From Raillietiella orientalis (lineage: Eukaryota), in the NCBI GenBank assembly GCA_036172245.1, contig JAYWIR010000014.1, positions 3,596,001-3,660,000 of the forward strand: 64,000 nucleotides of DNA, in the 5' to 3' direction. Numbering within the stretch: position 1 is the first letter of the stretch; each line of letters opens with the position of its first letter. The notes under the pieces are model-generated. The model was not told where the DNA came from, did no database searches, and saw only the letters and a program-made list of their open reading frames with translations. The translations under genes and the position numbers were made by a program. Shown here in pieces: positions 49,701 to 61,700 of the stretch.

Positions 49701-52700
49701 GCTGCTTATCAAGCAAGGTACTTCCCGTCGTTCCCGGGACTGGGTTCCAGGAAGAGCAGCACATTCAAGAGGCCTTCCGAAAATACCATCCAAGGCAAGA
49801 AGGGCATTCCTAAGCACTGCTCCGAAGAAAAGATCTGCAACAGCGGTAGCAACAGCAACAAAGTATGTGCTCGAAGCTTCGTTTCTCTCTTCCCCCGCCT
49901 GCCGTTTTCAACGCGCGAACGAGCGGTGCAAGCGAGCTCTCAGCTCACGAAATGAGGGCACCTTTCTCTCATTGTCATCTTCTTCTTGCTGTTCTTCTTC
50001 TCTTTCCCTCTCTGGTTTTCCTTTTTTCCAATCAAGGAGAACGGGAGGGACTTCGATGAGGCGTCGTCGTTAAGGTGCAGATGTCACTCGTCTTCGTTCG
50101 ATCGAGACAGCTGGTTTTCCTCCCACGACAGCGGCATCATCCCCAGCAGGAAGGCATCCAGCACATGGAACGTCGGCATGTGTTCCCGGGAGACGAACCA
50201 GGTACGGCGCGACTGTCGTCCCTTGACTATCGTCCCTCCTTTCCTCCCCATCCCCCCGTCCTTCTTCACCCTCCCTCCCCTTCCTCTCCCCCATTCCGCC
50301 ATCTCCCCACCCAAGTTGCGCGCTTTTCAGACGCCGCAGTCAGCCGCCGCACATCTGCCGCACTGCCCGGGGATACGGGGCTTCTGGAACGATCACCACG
50401 ACTCTCGGTACTGCTACAGATCACACGCCGAAGCCGACAGGCAACGACTGATGAGCGCGGCGAGCCTCAGCAATTTCGGCTCGGAGCATGAAGGGTACTT
50501 CGTGTACCCGACTCCCCTGGGAATGTGGAATTCCGTTTCCGGTTCCTACGGGATGCCCATTCCCATGGCCCCCTTTTACGCCATGGGCATGAGAAACCCC
50601 TACTTCGGGGCGAACGGATCGACCCAGTCTCTGAATATCAACCCTGGCAGCTGCAAGACCTTTTACGGAAGGAAGTCGAGGAAATTCCACAGGAGCAAGA
50701 AACCCGACCGCAAGGCGTACTGCTCCCTATCGCGGCTGCCCACCGAGTCCGAAACGGACGGGCTGTCCTCTGAATCACGTGACACCTATTCCGGATACGA
50801 AAGCGAGGAGGAGGAGGTCCCCTTGAAGCCAGGGAGGGATGGACCCGCTTCCCAGCCGAGGAGGAAGGAGGTCTGCAAATACTGCACGTTCCAGAACCCG
50901 GAGAACGCGAGGATCTGCAAGATGTGCTCGAAGACGCTTCAGAGCGCCAAGAAGTCCTCGAGGAAGTTCAGGTTCTTCAAGCGCAGCAACCGATCTCAGT
51001 CTCCGAAGAGCACCAAATCCCTGGAGAAGCGTCTGGACGCCAACCTCACCATCTGCGAAAGCGAGGAAACCAGCGGGGACGAGAGGCCGGCCCACTCCTC
51101 TCCTCTCCTGAAAGAAAATTTCTCGCCCCCCAGGCAGATCGGGTCCAACAGAAGTTCCCCTCAAGGTACAAAGAACAACTGAGCAAAGCCTGGTTTACTT
51201 CAATAAAAGTTCGATGTGGTCACTAGTCATTCTTTCATTTGCCCGCCGGCATGCCGTTCCCGCTGCTCTAAGCCACGGGCCTCTGTCTCCTTGTAACAGC
51301 ACCTGCAGAACCTCCCCCCTATCCTCCCTCAAAACTAACCACTGCCCGGCGTTGTGCTGGCTTGTCGGAAACAGTGAATGATCCCTCGCCTCCCTCTTCC
51401 TTCTGTTACGCAAACTGTGAGGAATGCTTCTTCTGAAATTGGCTGCGAGTCTGACTGAGCACTCTTGAGAGACCATTCATCTCGAGTACTTTCAGATCGT
51501 AGGGAACTCGCCAGCTACGAAGACAGCCGCCGCTTTCCTGAAGGCTCCCCCGGCAGGCGAGGAACGGACTTCTCCAGTCGCGAAGGGAGCGTGGACGGCT
51601 GGCAGAGGCTGGCGGCGGATGGACACTCCCCCCAGCAAACGACAACGTCGACCCTTCCGGCCGCCTCTCCTCCCCCGAAGAACCGCGCACAGGTAAAAAA
51701 AAGAAAAAAAAAATGGACGAGTTCCCGCGTGCGGTTCTGGACTCTCGGTTGGTCTGCGAGGTGGTGCAGTATTCCTCCAAGGTCAGGACGCACTGATGGC
51801 GACGAACTCGCGCGTCGCAGCTCCTTCCGCGTGGTCCCGTCTTCGACGCGTACTGTCGTTCTACCGATCCCGTAGAAACATCACAGTTGGCTCGGGATCC
51901 ACTGATGTCTACCTATCTCTGAGTAAGCCCATGTAGGACGAATGTCCCGCACGTGCATCCGCGCTTGCCCGTGCGTCGGACTCGCACTCTGCCCTCTAAG
52001 CTTCGGATTTCCCCCGCGTCCTTCAGGATCCCAGCACTCCTGCCCCGGGCTGCTTTAAGGTGCCTGACGTCCACTTTGGTTCATGAATTTGTCAGCGGAG
52101 CTTTAGAACAAATCGATCTCTGTTTCTCGAAGAAGTACAGAACAAAAAAACGTCGAGAAATGATTTTGACGCAAGTTCGTTTCCGGATTCGTCGTGGCAA
52201 GGGTGTGAACAACCTGCGCCCCCGCGCGCATTTTCCAATCAACTGGAGTCTGTGAAGCGCCGTCCTCCTGGACCGGAAACTCCGCCGACGGGCGACTGGA
52301 GGCAGTGCTGTGGTCTGAAGCAAACTCCCGCGCAAGTTCTGTCCCTGACATTCGCTCGTGTGTTGTGCCTTCGGCAAGACCTGCAAGGGCTCTGCCCGTA
52401 GCGTGGTCTACCGTGGGAACACAAGCTATTCCTGTGCTACTGATCGGGGTGTCGCTCTCTGGAAGAGGTACGCTACTGCCGTGTCGCCCTCCCGTCTCTC
52501 GGGAAATCTTAGAGTTAGCCTCTTCGCTCCCATCTTCCATCGCCTTGGTTAACAGGGATTTCCGAGGGTCTGGATGAGGAGAGCGGGATTTTCATCTTGC
52601 TCCAGTTTCCAGTTTTTCCACGCGCCGTTCTTACCCCGCGGTTTGCTACCAAGAAACGCGCTCGACAGGTGTCGGGTTCTTGAGTTTTCGATCGCTTTGC

Positions 52701-55700
52701 ACTTTCGCTCCCTCCAGATCCTGGCCACACGTAGTCCGGTGACACGTGGGTCTGTTCCGTGACAGCCGCGTGGACGGATGCCCTTGAAGGCCCCCGTGGG
52801 TTCAGGAACACGTCGTGCCTCTGCTCGTCATCCCATGGCAGCAAAAGCGCTCTCGACCCAGTCCCGTGCGCGCATCGACGAGGCGCTCTGCAGCCCGGTC
52901 CCTGGGAGCGACACGATCGGTACGGACGTGGTCCCCGAGAGTGAGACGGTCAGCAAAAGCCAGTACTCACGCGGGAAGGATGAAAGCATCATGGGCGGAC
53001 GAGGCAAAGGCGCCAAGGGCCTCGGGAAAGGAGGCGCCAAACGCCACCGCAAGGTGCCGCGCGACAACATCCAGGCATCACGAAGCCCGCCGTTCGCTGC
53101 CTGGCCAGGAGAAGGAGGCGTCAAAAGCATCTTTGGGCTCATCCACGAGGAGACGCGCGGCGTGCTGGAGGTGTTCCTGAAGAACGCGATCTGCGACTCC
53201 GTCACGTACGCGGAGCACGCCAAGCGGAATACGGTGCTCGATCTCGCCGTTGTGCCCGTTCGGGGCACGAAAGCGTTCGCGCTTGCGAACACTTCCGTGC
53301 AAGGGGACAAGAGCACATGTGTTCGAGCACATTTCGTGCTTGCACGGGCTTTCGCGCAACAGCGCAGGTCGCGTTCTGGATGTCCTGTGCGCACCGCGTG
53401 ATGCTCCCGTTCCACGCGAGCGCGCGAGCCGCCGAACGCTCGTGCATTTTTTGTACACGGTGGGAAGGAGCGCCAAGAGCGCGGAACGCCATCGAGAGAG
53501 GAACGAGAAATCCTCGTGTCTCCCGGATTCCTTTTCTTCCTCCTTGCTGTCAAAAATAGACCCGAGTCGGGAGGAAACGCCGCAGACTCGAGGGGGACGA
53601 AGAGGCAGACGGGCAAAGTGGTCTGCGCTCTCTAGCAGCCCGCCTTCCGCCTCCTCACAGCCCAGATCGAGAAGGGGAAGACTTGAGCAGAGAAGGCTGC
53701 ACTGCAGCTCGGCGGCACAGTATACCTGCCACGTGTGCAGTACGGAGGAAACAGCTCAAGCAACCAAAGAGAGTTCCGGTTGCAGGAAGTAGAGAGGGAA
53801 GGGAGTACTCACGATGCCCATCAGGAAGTCGCACCTGCGAAAGGGAGGAGAGGAATTCGGCCTCCTCCCGGGAGGGCAGAACGCATGGGAACATCCTCTC
53901 CCCTCTTCTTCGCTGATCGCGGGAGGAAATCTTGAGCTCGCCCTTTTCTTGGAGACTCCATGCCCTCGAGCTCGTTCCGAAAACTCCCCGGAAATGTCGC
54001 CTCGTCTTCCTTACTCCGCCAGCCTCTTGCCGATTGGGAGTCGCTGCCGCTCCCGGAAGGATTTCTTTCTTGTTGGCTCCCAGGAGCAGGTCAGCTGCTG
54101 GAGAAAGGTCACACGTCCCGCTTTCCCAGGGCGGCATCTTCTCCGACGGGGCAGGCGACCTCGAATGAGCTGGTCGAGATGAGCACCTCCTCCTTTGGTT
54201 GGCCGCAAGGAACGAGGCTTGGAGTGGCCAGATGCGCAGCCGGCGTCTCTCTCGTGGGGACTGGGGGTTGCCCACTAGCACACTAGCATCGGTCCTTCCA
54301 GGAAGGAACGCTCGCGATGGTGGACAAGACGACCGGGGAAGTCGCCGCTCGGAGACACGACCTTCATCACGATCCCGAGCAGTGGCACCAGCAGGACTGG
54401 GAGCAACTCCTGGAAGCCGTCGTGGACATAAGCAACAGCCGCGGGTGGAAGAGTGAAGACTGGGTGGGGCAGATTCTTCCGAGAGAGGCCGAAGCAGCTC
54501 TGAAGGTGGCAAAGGGCGACATCTGGAAGGCGGCATCCCTGTGCCTGGAAGACAGGCGGCGCAAGGTGAGCCCTCTTCGACATCTGTTCGTACTTTGCTT
54601 CAGGGTCTCGCGAAAACCCGTATCAGGGTGCGTCGCCCTCTCCGGGAAGCCGGTAGGTGTCGTGGAACTCGAGCTGTCAGCCCAGGTCACGTCCGGGCTC
54701 CTCAGAAATCCTTCCTTCTTCTCCCTCCTGGGGGGAGTTCGCTGCGGAGCTCACGACGCGGGAGACCACCTTCCTCACGCACGCGGGTAGGCGACCCGCT
54801 GGACTTCCGACCCCGGGAGGCCCTACGAAGCCGATATCTGCAAGGAGACCCCTCCTGGTCTCCCTACTCTCTGTCCTCGGGATAACTCTTCCCCGAGTCC
54901 GAACTTCCCGGAGGTTCTTTTTCCGAGCGCCCTGTCGAACGGGCCGCTGCCCGAGCGGGGCGAGAAGGAGTGCGATGCGGCACGAGCTGCCGGCACGGGA
55001 AACGCGATCCCGGCGATGCCGGGAAGCAGCGCGCCAACCCGTCTCAAGCCGGGTCCTCGGGACTGCCCGTGCTGTCCTCGAAGCTCGAGCATCGGCTGCC
55101 GCCACCCTGCTGTGGAGCACGCAGGGGCAACCTCCCCCCTCCCCCTCCACGCGTTTGCACTCCCGTTCTCCGGGTGTCAATCCACTTTTCCTTCTGGCTC
55201 CGGGTGTCTGCCTGCGCCCCACGAACTCGAGGTCATATCCTGCGCGAGCTCGCTGCTCCGGGAGAGGCAGATCGACCGACCGGCGGGAGGCCTCGAAGTC
55301 TGGTGTCTTTGTGGGAACCTCTCTGGCGACCCGAAATCCACGTGCGTCTTTTGCGGGAGAGTTCTGGACCCCCCACTGTCCGAGGCGTGCCCCGTGGGGG
55401 AGGATTGGGGATTCCTTCCTTCTTCCCTCGGCACGTCTTCCCGGTGGGAGGAGGAAGAGTGAATGAAGGGGGTGGGGTTTGGGGGGAGGACCAGTGGCTG
55501 GTTTCTGGATGCAGGTTTCAGGAGCGCGGCGAGAATGAGGGATGACATCATCTCACTTGCGGAAGCATAAGGATTGTCGGACTGACCACTCTTCTGGGAC
55601 GGGAAGAACTCGGTGGTGCAACACTCTGTGGAAATGAACGGGGGATGCACCCGTGTCTGTATCGATCCGGGATACCGCAATCGACGGATGACCCGGGGCT

Positions 55701-58700
55701 GAATTTTCTCAGAGGTGTTACTGAATCCGAGTTGGGACCCCTTTCGACTCACCTCCCTCCCCTTCCTGGAGGGAGGCGGGAGAGAGGACCTTCTAAAGAG
55801 TAGAAGCAGCTGCCGTAAAACATGATTTCATTGTGCAGACGGGGGAGCTATCGTTTTCTGATTGGACCATCTCCAGGGCTTCTAACTGAACGGGTCATCC
55901 GTCGACTGGCGCGCAAGCATTTTCCCACTCTGGAAGGAAGAGAGGGATGACTCTTGCTTCTGCAAGAGTCATCCCTTCCTTCTGAAAGTTTGTACCGGAG
56001 GTTCTTCGAGCCATTCAAGAGGAGGTCACCTTTGCTCTTCTCTCGTTGTTTGGCTGGACAGGAAGGCTCTTGAAGCTTTATCTCTGGAAGCATGGCCAGG
56101 CTCTGGTGCTGCTTGCACCGCCGCTCGTGGCATTCGTGGGAAACACTTTGCCTAGGTCTTTGCATGAAAGACAAACCTCATAAAAGCTCTCGGGCATGAC
56201 CTTGCTCGTGCTGCTGCTTTTGTGGTTTCAGTCCCTCATGCTCCGTGTAGGACGGACTCTGCGAGGACGCAGTGGCGCTGTTCCCTCTTGCCGCTCCTTC
56301 CTCACCTCCAGGACGAGGGAAAGTCAGTATTTTCTCAACCTGTCCCCTTCTCGGTTCCATAGAGTTACTCGTTGAGAGGAAATGATAAGAGCCAGGGTCT
56401 CTTCAACACAATCATTAAATTATTTACTGTGCAGTGACAGATGAGGAGAGAGAGACGGGAAGAATTGTGGAGCGTTCTTTGAAGTGAAGATTCACGAGAT
56501 GAGCACCTATGAGTGCCATCAGCTGGCTTATTGGTTGCCTAGAAACACTTGTATCCGGATGCTGTTCGTGCTGCCCGTGCAATCTCCCATAACTGTCGAA
56601 AAGGTTCAAGTTCTTGGGACTCCAGGTAGGGCTGCATCATGCAGATTGAGGCAGTGCATGACCTCGTGAGCAATCCAGCCTCGGGTCGTGAGAGGATACT
56701 CGCGCGAGTGATCCGAAAGGCGGTCATTGTTAGAATTAAAAAACCGTCCTCAGAGGATTTTCGAGAGCACTATTACTCGCATCTCCTAGTGAGAAAAAGG
56801 ATATACAAAGATTACCAAATGCTCAAAGATGTGAAAACAAACATCAAGGACATGAGCGCATGATGCTTGACATGCTCCTCTAGCAAGTCCGGAGTTTCCT
56901 AACCATGAGGCAACTGAGGAATACACCTGTGCTTGAGTGCACAAGGCGAATCACCGATCTCAGAGTCAAAGGAAGATGAGGACCTCAGTACACAATTGGA
57001 ATTAGTCCACTTTGGATGCAGCATCCAGGGTGCTTTTAAGCATTGCAGTGCTGCAGTCGAATCTGGACGGTCAGGAGCAAAATGACCCACGGAGAAAAAA
57101 AGAACCACCCCCCAACGTCATCAATTATTCCCTAACCTGATCAAGATTGGTCAGCCGGAATCATTTGCAGCCTCTTAATTCTGCATGCGAGTTGCATCAT
57201 GTGGGGATCTTCATGGAGCGGACCTCACCGAATAGTGCCAACTCCAGAGAGAATCTGAGTGAGATATCCGGAACACTCCTGCTAGGATCTTGAGGCGATA
57301 AGGTGGGACATGCCTCAAACTCATTTGTTTGAGAGACGTCTGACAACACACTCGAACGAAGAAATAACCGGACTACAAGGAAGAGCAGGCTCAAGAATAC
57401 GAGGAGGATCTTTCCAAGTCGTCGAGAAGCATCAATGATTTCATTGGGTTGGACAAATCTTTTGCAAGCGGAAAAGAAACGAATAATTCAGAATCTCGAA
57501 AGCAGCAACAGATTTCTAGTTCCTGTCTAGAGAAAATCAGATTTCGAGATGCTCTGGAAAGCAACGCGACTAGCTATCAACGGTTTCTTTGAGGACACCC
57601 TTATACTCTACCTGCATTGGACCATGGAAGTCTTCTGAGTTGATAAGGAGCTCAGATTTTTTTAAGGATTAGTGGAAGGCTATTTACGATTCCAAGCTTT
57701 TAATCTACTCTGCAAGGAAAGAATAAGAATCATAAGAGGAGAGAAGGAGCTAATGGAGTTCACGAAAACACTTGGCAGGTTTCAAAGAACTCAAATCAAA
57801 AGACCACCTGGATTCCATACACGTCTGCTGAGTCGCGAGGCCAACTAATCACTCTGCTGGAGACCCGGTAACGCAGTTCTTAAGTTCTCAATATGGAAGA
57901 GGTCAAATTGATTGTGGAGGTCGAGAATCAATCACTGGCTAACCTTTGGCCTACCATTCTTGTTTCCATAGTGTGCGAAGTAGTTGTTCCTCTCCTTCTC
58001 TTCATGAGCTGTGTGAAGTGGCAGCAGAAGTTCCCTGATTCTCTCTATAGAGTATCAGTGAAGTCGGATGGCTGGAACAAGCCTAAACACTCCGACTTGC
58101 ACATCCTCGCCCCAATCTGCCCGATTTCAGGTTGTTTGATCCGTTGCTCTTCCGATACCACGTCCAGGCGCCTTCCCTATCCGACCTTTGCTGCTTGAAC
58201 GAGAAACCCACCTCCGGTTTTTTTTCCCACGCTGTTTCCACAAGAACGGACTTTTCCAAATCCTTGATTCGGCCCACCAGTGGAGCCGCGACTTCCGCCT
58301 GTTGCTCAATGCCCTCATAGACTATGGAGGGTTTGCGGCGCTTGGCAGGTGGAAGGAACGAGCCCTGAAATCGTTAGGAGGGGAACGAAAGTTTAGCTCG
58401 AGAGTACACACGCAAGGCAATGATTTCGAGTTCCAGGGTTTGTCCTACTTTTCCCGCTGCCGACTCCAGAGGCTTTCTCTAAGACAAGAATCGACGTTGA
58501 CGTGTTACCGTGTTCCCGCTCACCGAACGCATTCTTGGAAACTAAAAGTCATTCTATCTCACAAACTTTCTTACATTCTATAATTAATTCTTTTCTTGGA
58601 GTCCAAACTTTTTCATTGGTACATGCTTATTCTTTCTTTCTACTTCCATTGTGCTCCATACAGAAAGTTGGTTTCCACTTGAATGGGCCAACCAGTTGAC

Positions 58701-61700
58701 CGACAAGCTTTCCCGGCAAGATAGGCAAGAAGCAGAAAGAGGATCTGACTGTTGAATCGTAAACACCGCCAGATCACCTGAACGCGGAAACTGCCTTCTT
58801 CGAATCGAGATTATTTGCTGGAAGTCACTACGGATCCTAACTGAGAGTAGCCCGGGGTGTGGGGTGTCCGAGGAAGTTGTGATTCGTAGCTTCAAGAGCA
58901 TGAGTGTGCGGTATTGATGAGCAAGTAAAAGGAGGAGGGAGATTGCGAACACGAAGCAACACTTTTAACGCGAAGACCTTGGGAGTTCACCAGACGGGAG
59001 ACTGGAGCTCCACTTCAGCGCCAGCTCGCGAAGCACAGCTGAAACTGAAACTGCAGAGATCAGTGCACTTGGAAATTAGAATTCAAAACAGAGAAAGGTT
59101 CCATAATTTTTTTTGGCCATCGTTTGGAGCCTGACATTCCCAAGGATGACACTGAAGGACTTCTTATCTAGGGACTTTCCTGGTATCTAAGGACTTCCTT
59201 AGATACGAGGAACCCACCCCACCACCCACTTACATACAAACACATACAGTCATTTGGCCAGCAAGTAAGACTTCGAACGCGCCCCAGAAGAACGTTTACC
59301 TTATGTTTGCTTGTGGAAGAGCGTTAATGGTCTCAAAGAATCTTTTTTCAAAGCAAACAGCTGTGGTTAGAAGAGAGAAGAACAATGGTGCAAGCCAAAA
59401 AGTCAAAATACGAAATAATGATCCGGAAATACATGAACTGAGGTCACTCATCTCCTGTGTACAGATATGTACTTCTTGCCTAACCAAAATGGGAATAAAG
59501 GCAGCAGCGCAGGTAGTGTGCTGTCCCGAATATTTTTCCTCAAAAGCCGAAGATGCATCAACATGGGGATCGAAACCTTGAGGAGAGGTCATAGACTGGA
59601 AGTAGGTCCCTGTCCGTTGTTGAAAGAAAGAAAGGTCAGTTCGACCAGAAAGGGGTAAAAAAACTCACCCGTTTCGTGCATGCGAGCTCTCCCTGAAGTG
59701 GAGGCTTCGTCTCTCTGGCGGTGTGCAGGTTCGCAAGTTCCCGAGACGAAAAGGAAGACCAGGTGCCGATCGGTTCCTTCTGCACCTTGAAGAGACGACT
59801 CCCAGGGGGTTTCTTGCTGTCTCCTGGCACCGAACATGCCTGTGAAAGCTTCGAAGACCGTTGGCGCAAGCTGATGCTGATGAGACTCCTTGTGTGGTGA
59901 GAAAGGAGAGCCGGTAGCGGCAGAAGCACTCCAGGGAGCAAGAGATGAAGGAGGAAACAAGAAAGCATCCTCGGAAGCAGAAGACACTGGGCGGGGATGC
60001 GAGACGCGCTTGGGAAGCGACGATTACTAGGGAATTCGTTGGCCTGCACTACAAAGTATGTGCTCACCAGAAACTGTCTTTTAGGAAATCCTTCAAGAAA
60101 CCTGCCTCTTCCTCTGCTAATCAGAGGGAGAGAGTCTGCGTGCTTTTTTGCTTTCCCATCTGCGGTTTTTCGCTGCAGCTACGGATGGAGCAGCACTCGC
60201 GTGAGAGGAAAAACTGTTCCTCACAGCAAGAAGAGGCAGGAATCTGGAGGAGGGATCGATGGCCAGCAGACAAAAAAATCAGAACAAAATAAGCAACACC
60301 GAAAAGGAAAGGGAAGGGGCAGTGATGGAGAAGAGGGCGCCTTCCGATGTCCAAGAACGAAGAACTGTGGAGGGAGGTAGGGACTGATGCGGATGGATGG
60401 GTTTCGCATTCACGGATGTTCAGTTTCTCTCCTACGGGGAGCGCAGAGGCGGAACGATGCTTCGTAGTTTCTCGATTTCTCCTCGATGGCACCTGTTTTC
60501 TTCTGCTTTCGTTTTTACAGCGGATCACTGCGCGCGCGTGTACACGCTCAGGGCCTCTCATCAAGCGTTTCCTCGCTCGAGGGCAAGCTGCTCGTTCAAT
60601 CTCTTGAAACAAAAACAGGAAAACGGAGATGTGTTCAGGCCATTTTATAGGACTTGGACCACGAAAACGAGCTCGTCCGTGTGCATTAAGCATTCTTTGT
60701 GAGAGAGAAGAAGAAAATGGCTCAACTATGTTTGCCCCCCTCTTAGAGAAGATGGAAGCTGCTGTATTCTCCTCGTTGGCGGAATCCTATGAGAATGGAG
60801 CAGACCAGGAAGGCTTGAAGGATTTCGGAAACCAACAGGGAACCGCCTTCTACGGAGGCAGTTTTAACGGGAGAGGTCAAGAACGTTCCCAGTGAGGTCC
60901 CAGCATCAAGAGAAGGGGATGGAAGTGGGGAGCAAACTCATTCGAGATGGCGGTTGAGCCCGATATTTGGGCGCTCTCGGTCTCATAGGTTCTCCTTCGA
61001 AACTAGACCTTATAGAAGGTCCCTCAGGTGACTTTGATCCCGTGGCTCTTCCCCCTTCAGTGAACCTCGATTTCCTTAGACCAGCAGAGAGAAGCCTGCG
61101 TCCTTCCAGACGTTGCAGAAGCGCACAAGTGAAGCGGCAGTCATCTTAGGTTTCCATGTCTGATTTCTCACGAACTGTCTGCTGCCTCCTTCCACCTCGT
61201 CTCTCCCGACAGCCTTTCGCAATCTCCCATCGTGTCGCCGCAACTATGCACGAGAGCGTCAGGGACACTTGTGCGTGCACGGGGCGTTTCCTGCTCTTCC
61301 GATTCCCGACCTTCCCTCCAGGCGACGAGAGCGCTACCCGTGACCTCTGGTTCCCAGGCGCGTTCGAAGTTTCACTGGGGGTCGCAGTGGCGAGACGTGC
61401 GGTATCATGGCGATTTCGGTTCTCGGAGAGGGGCGGAAGAGGGAAGAAGGAGTAAGAGGGTGAGGGAGCTCAGCGGTTCGAAAGGGCTGTTAGGAAAGAG
61501 GTCCTCGGGGATACCGATTTTCTCCTGTTCCTCAGCGCCTAGAAGACCGTGTGTCTCCGGTCACCACATTCTCACCAGGAAACCTTTCTTCCCAGATGGA
61601 CATTCTGCTGGTGAAAGGTCAGTTCCCCCGGGAAGACATCCTGAAAGTATTGAAGGAGGAACAAGGGAATTGGAACAGAACCATGCTCAAGCTCCAGGAA

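Noticed and set aside
32459..55748. Giant LTR retrotransposon defined by the two 960-bp repeats
   Set aside because: No TG...CA ends, PBS, PPT, TSD or gag-pol, and the interior holds exons of a host gene that continues past the second copy.
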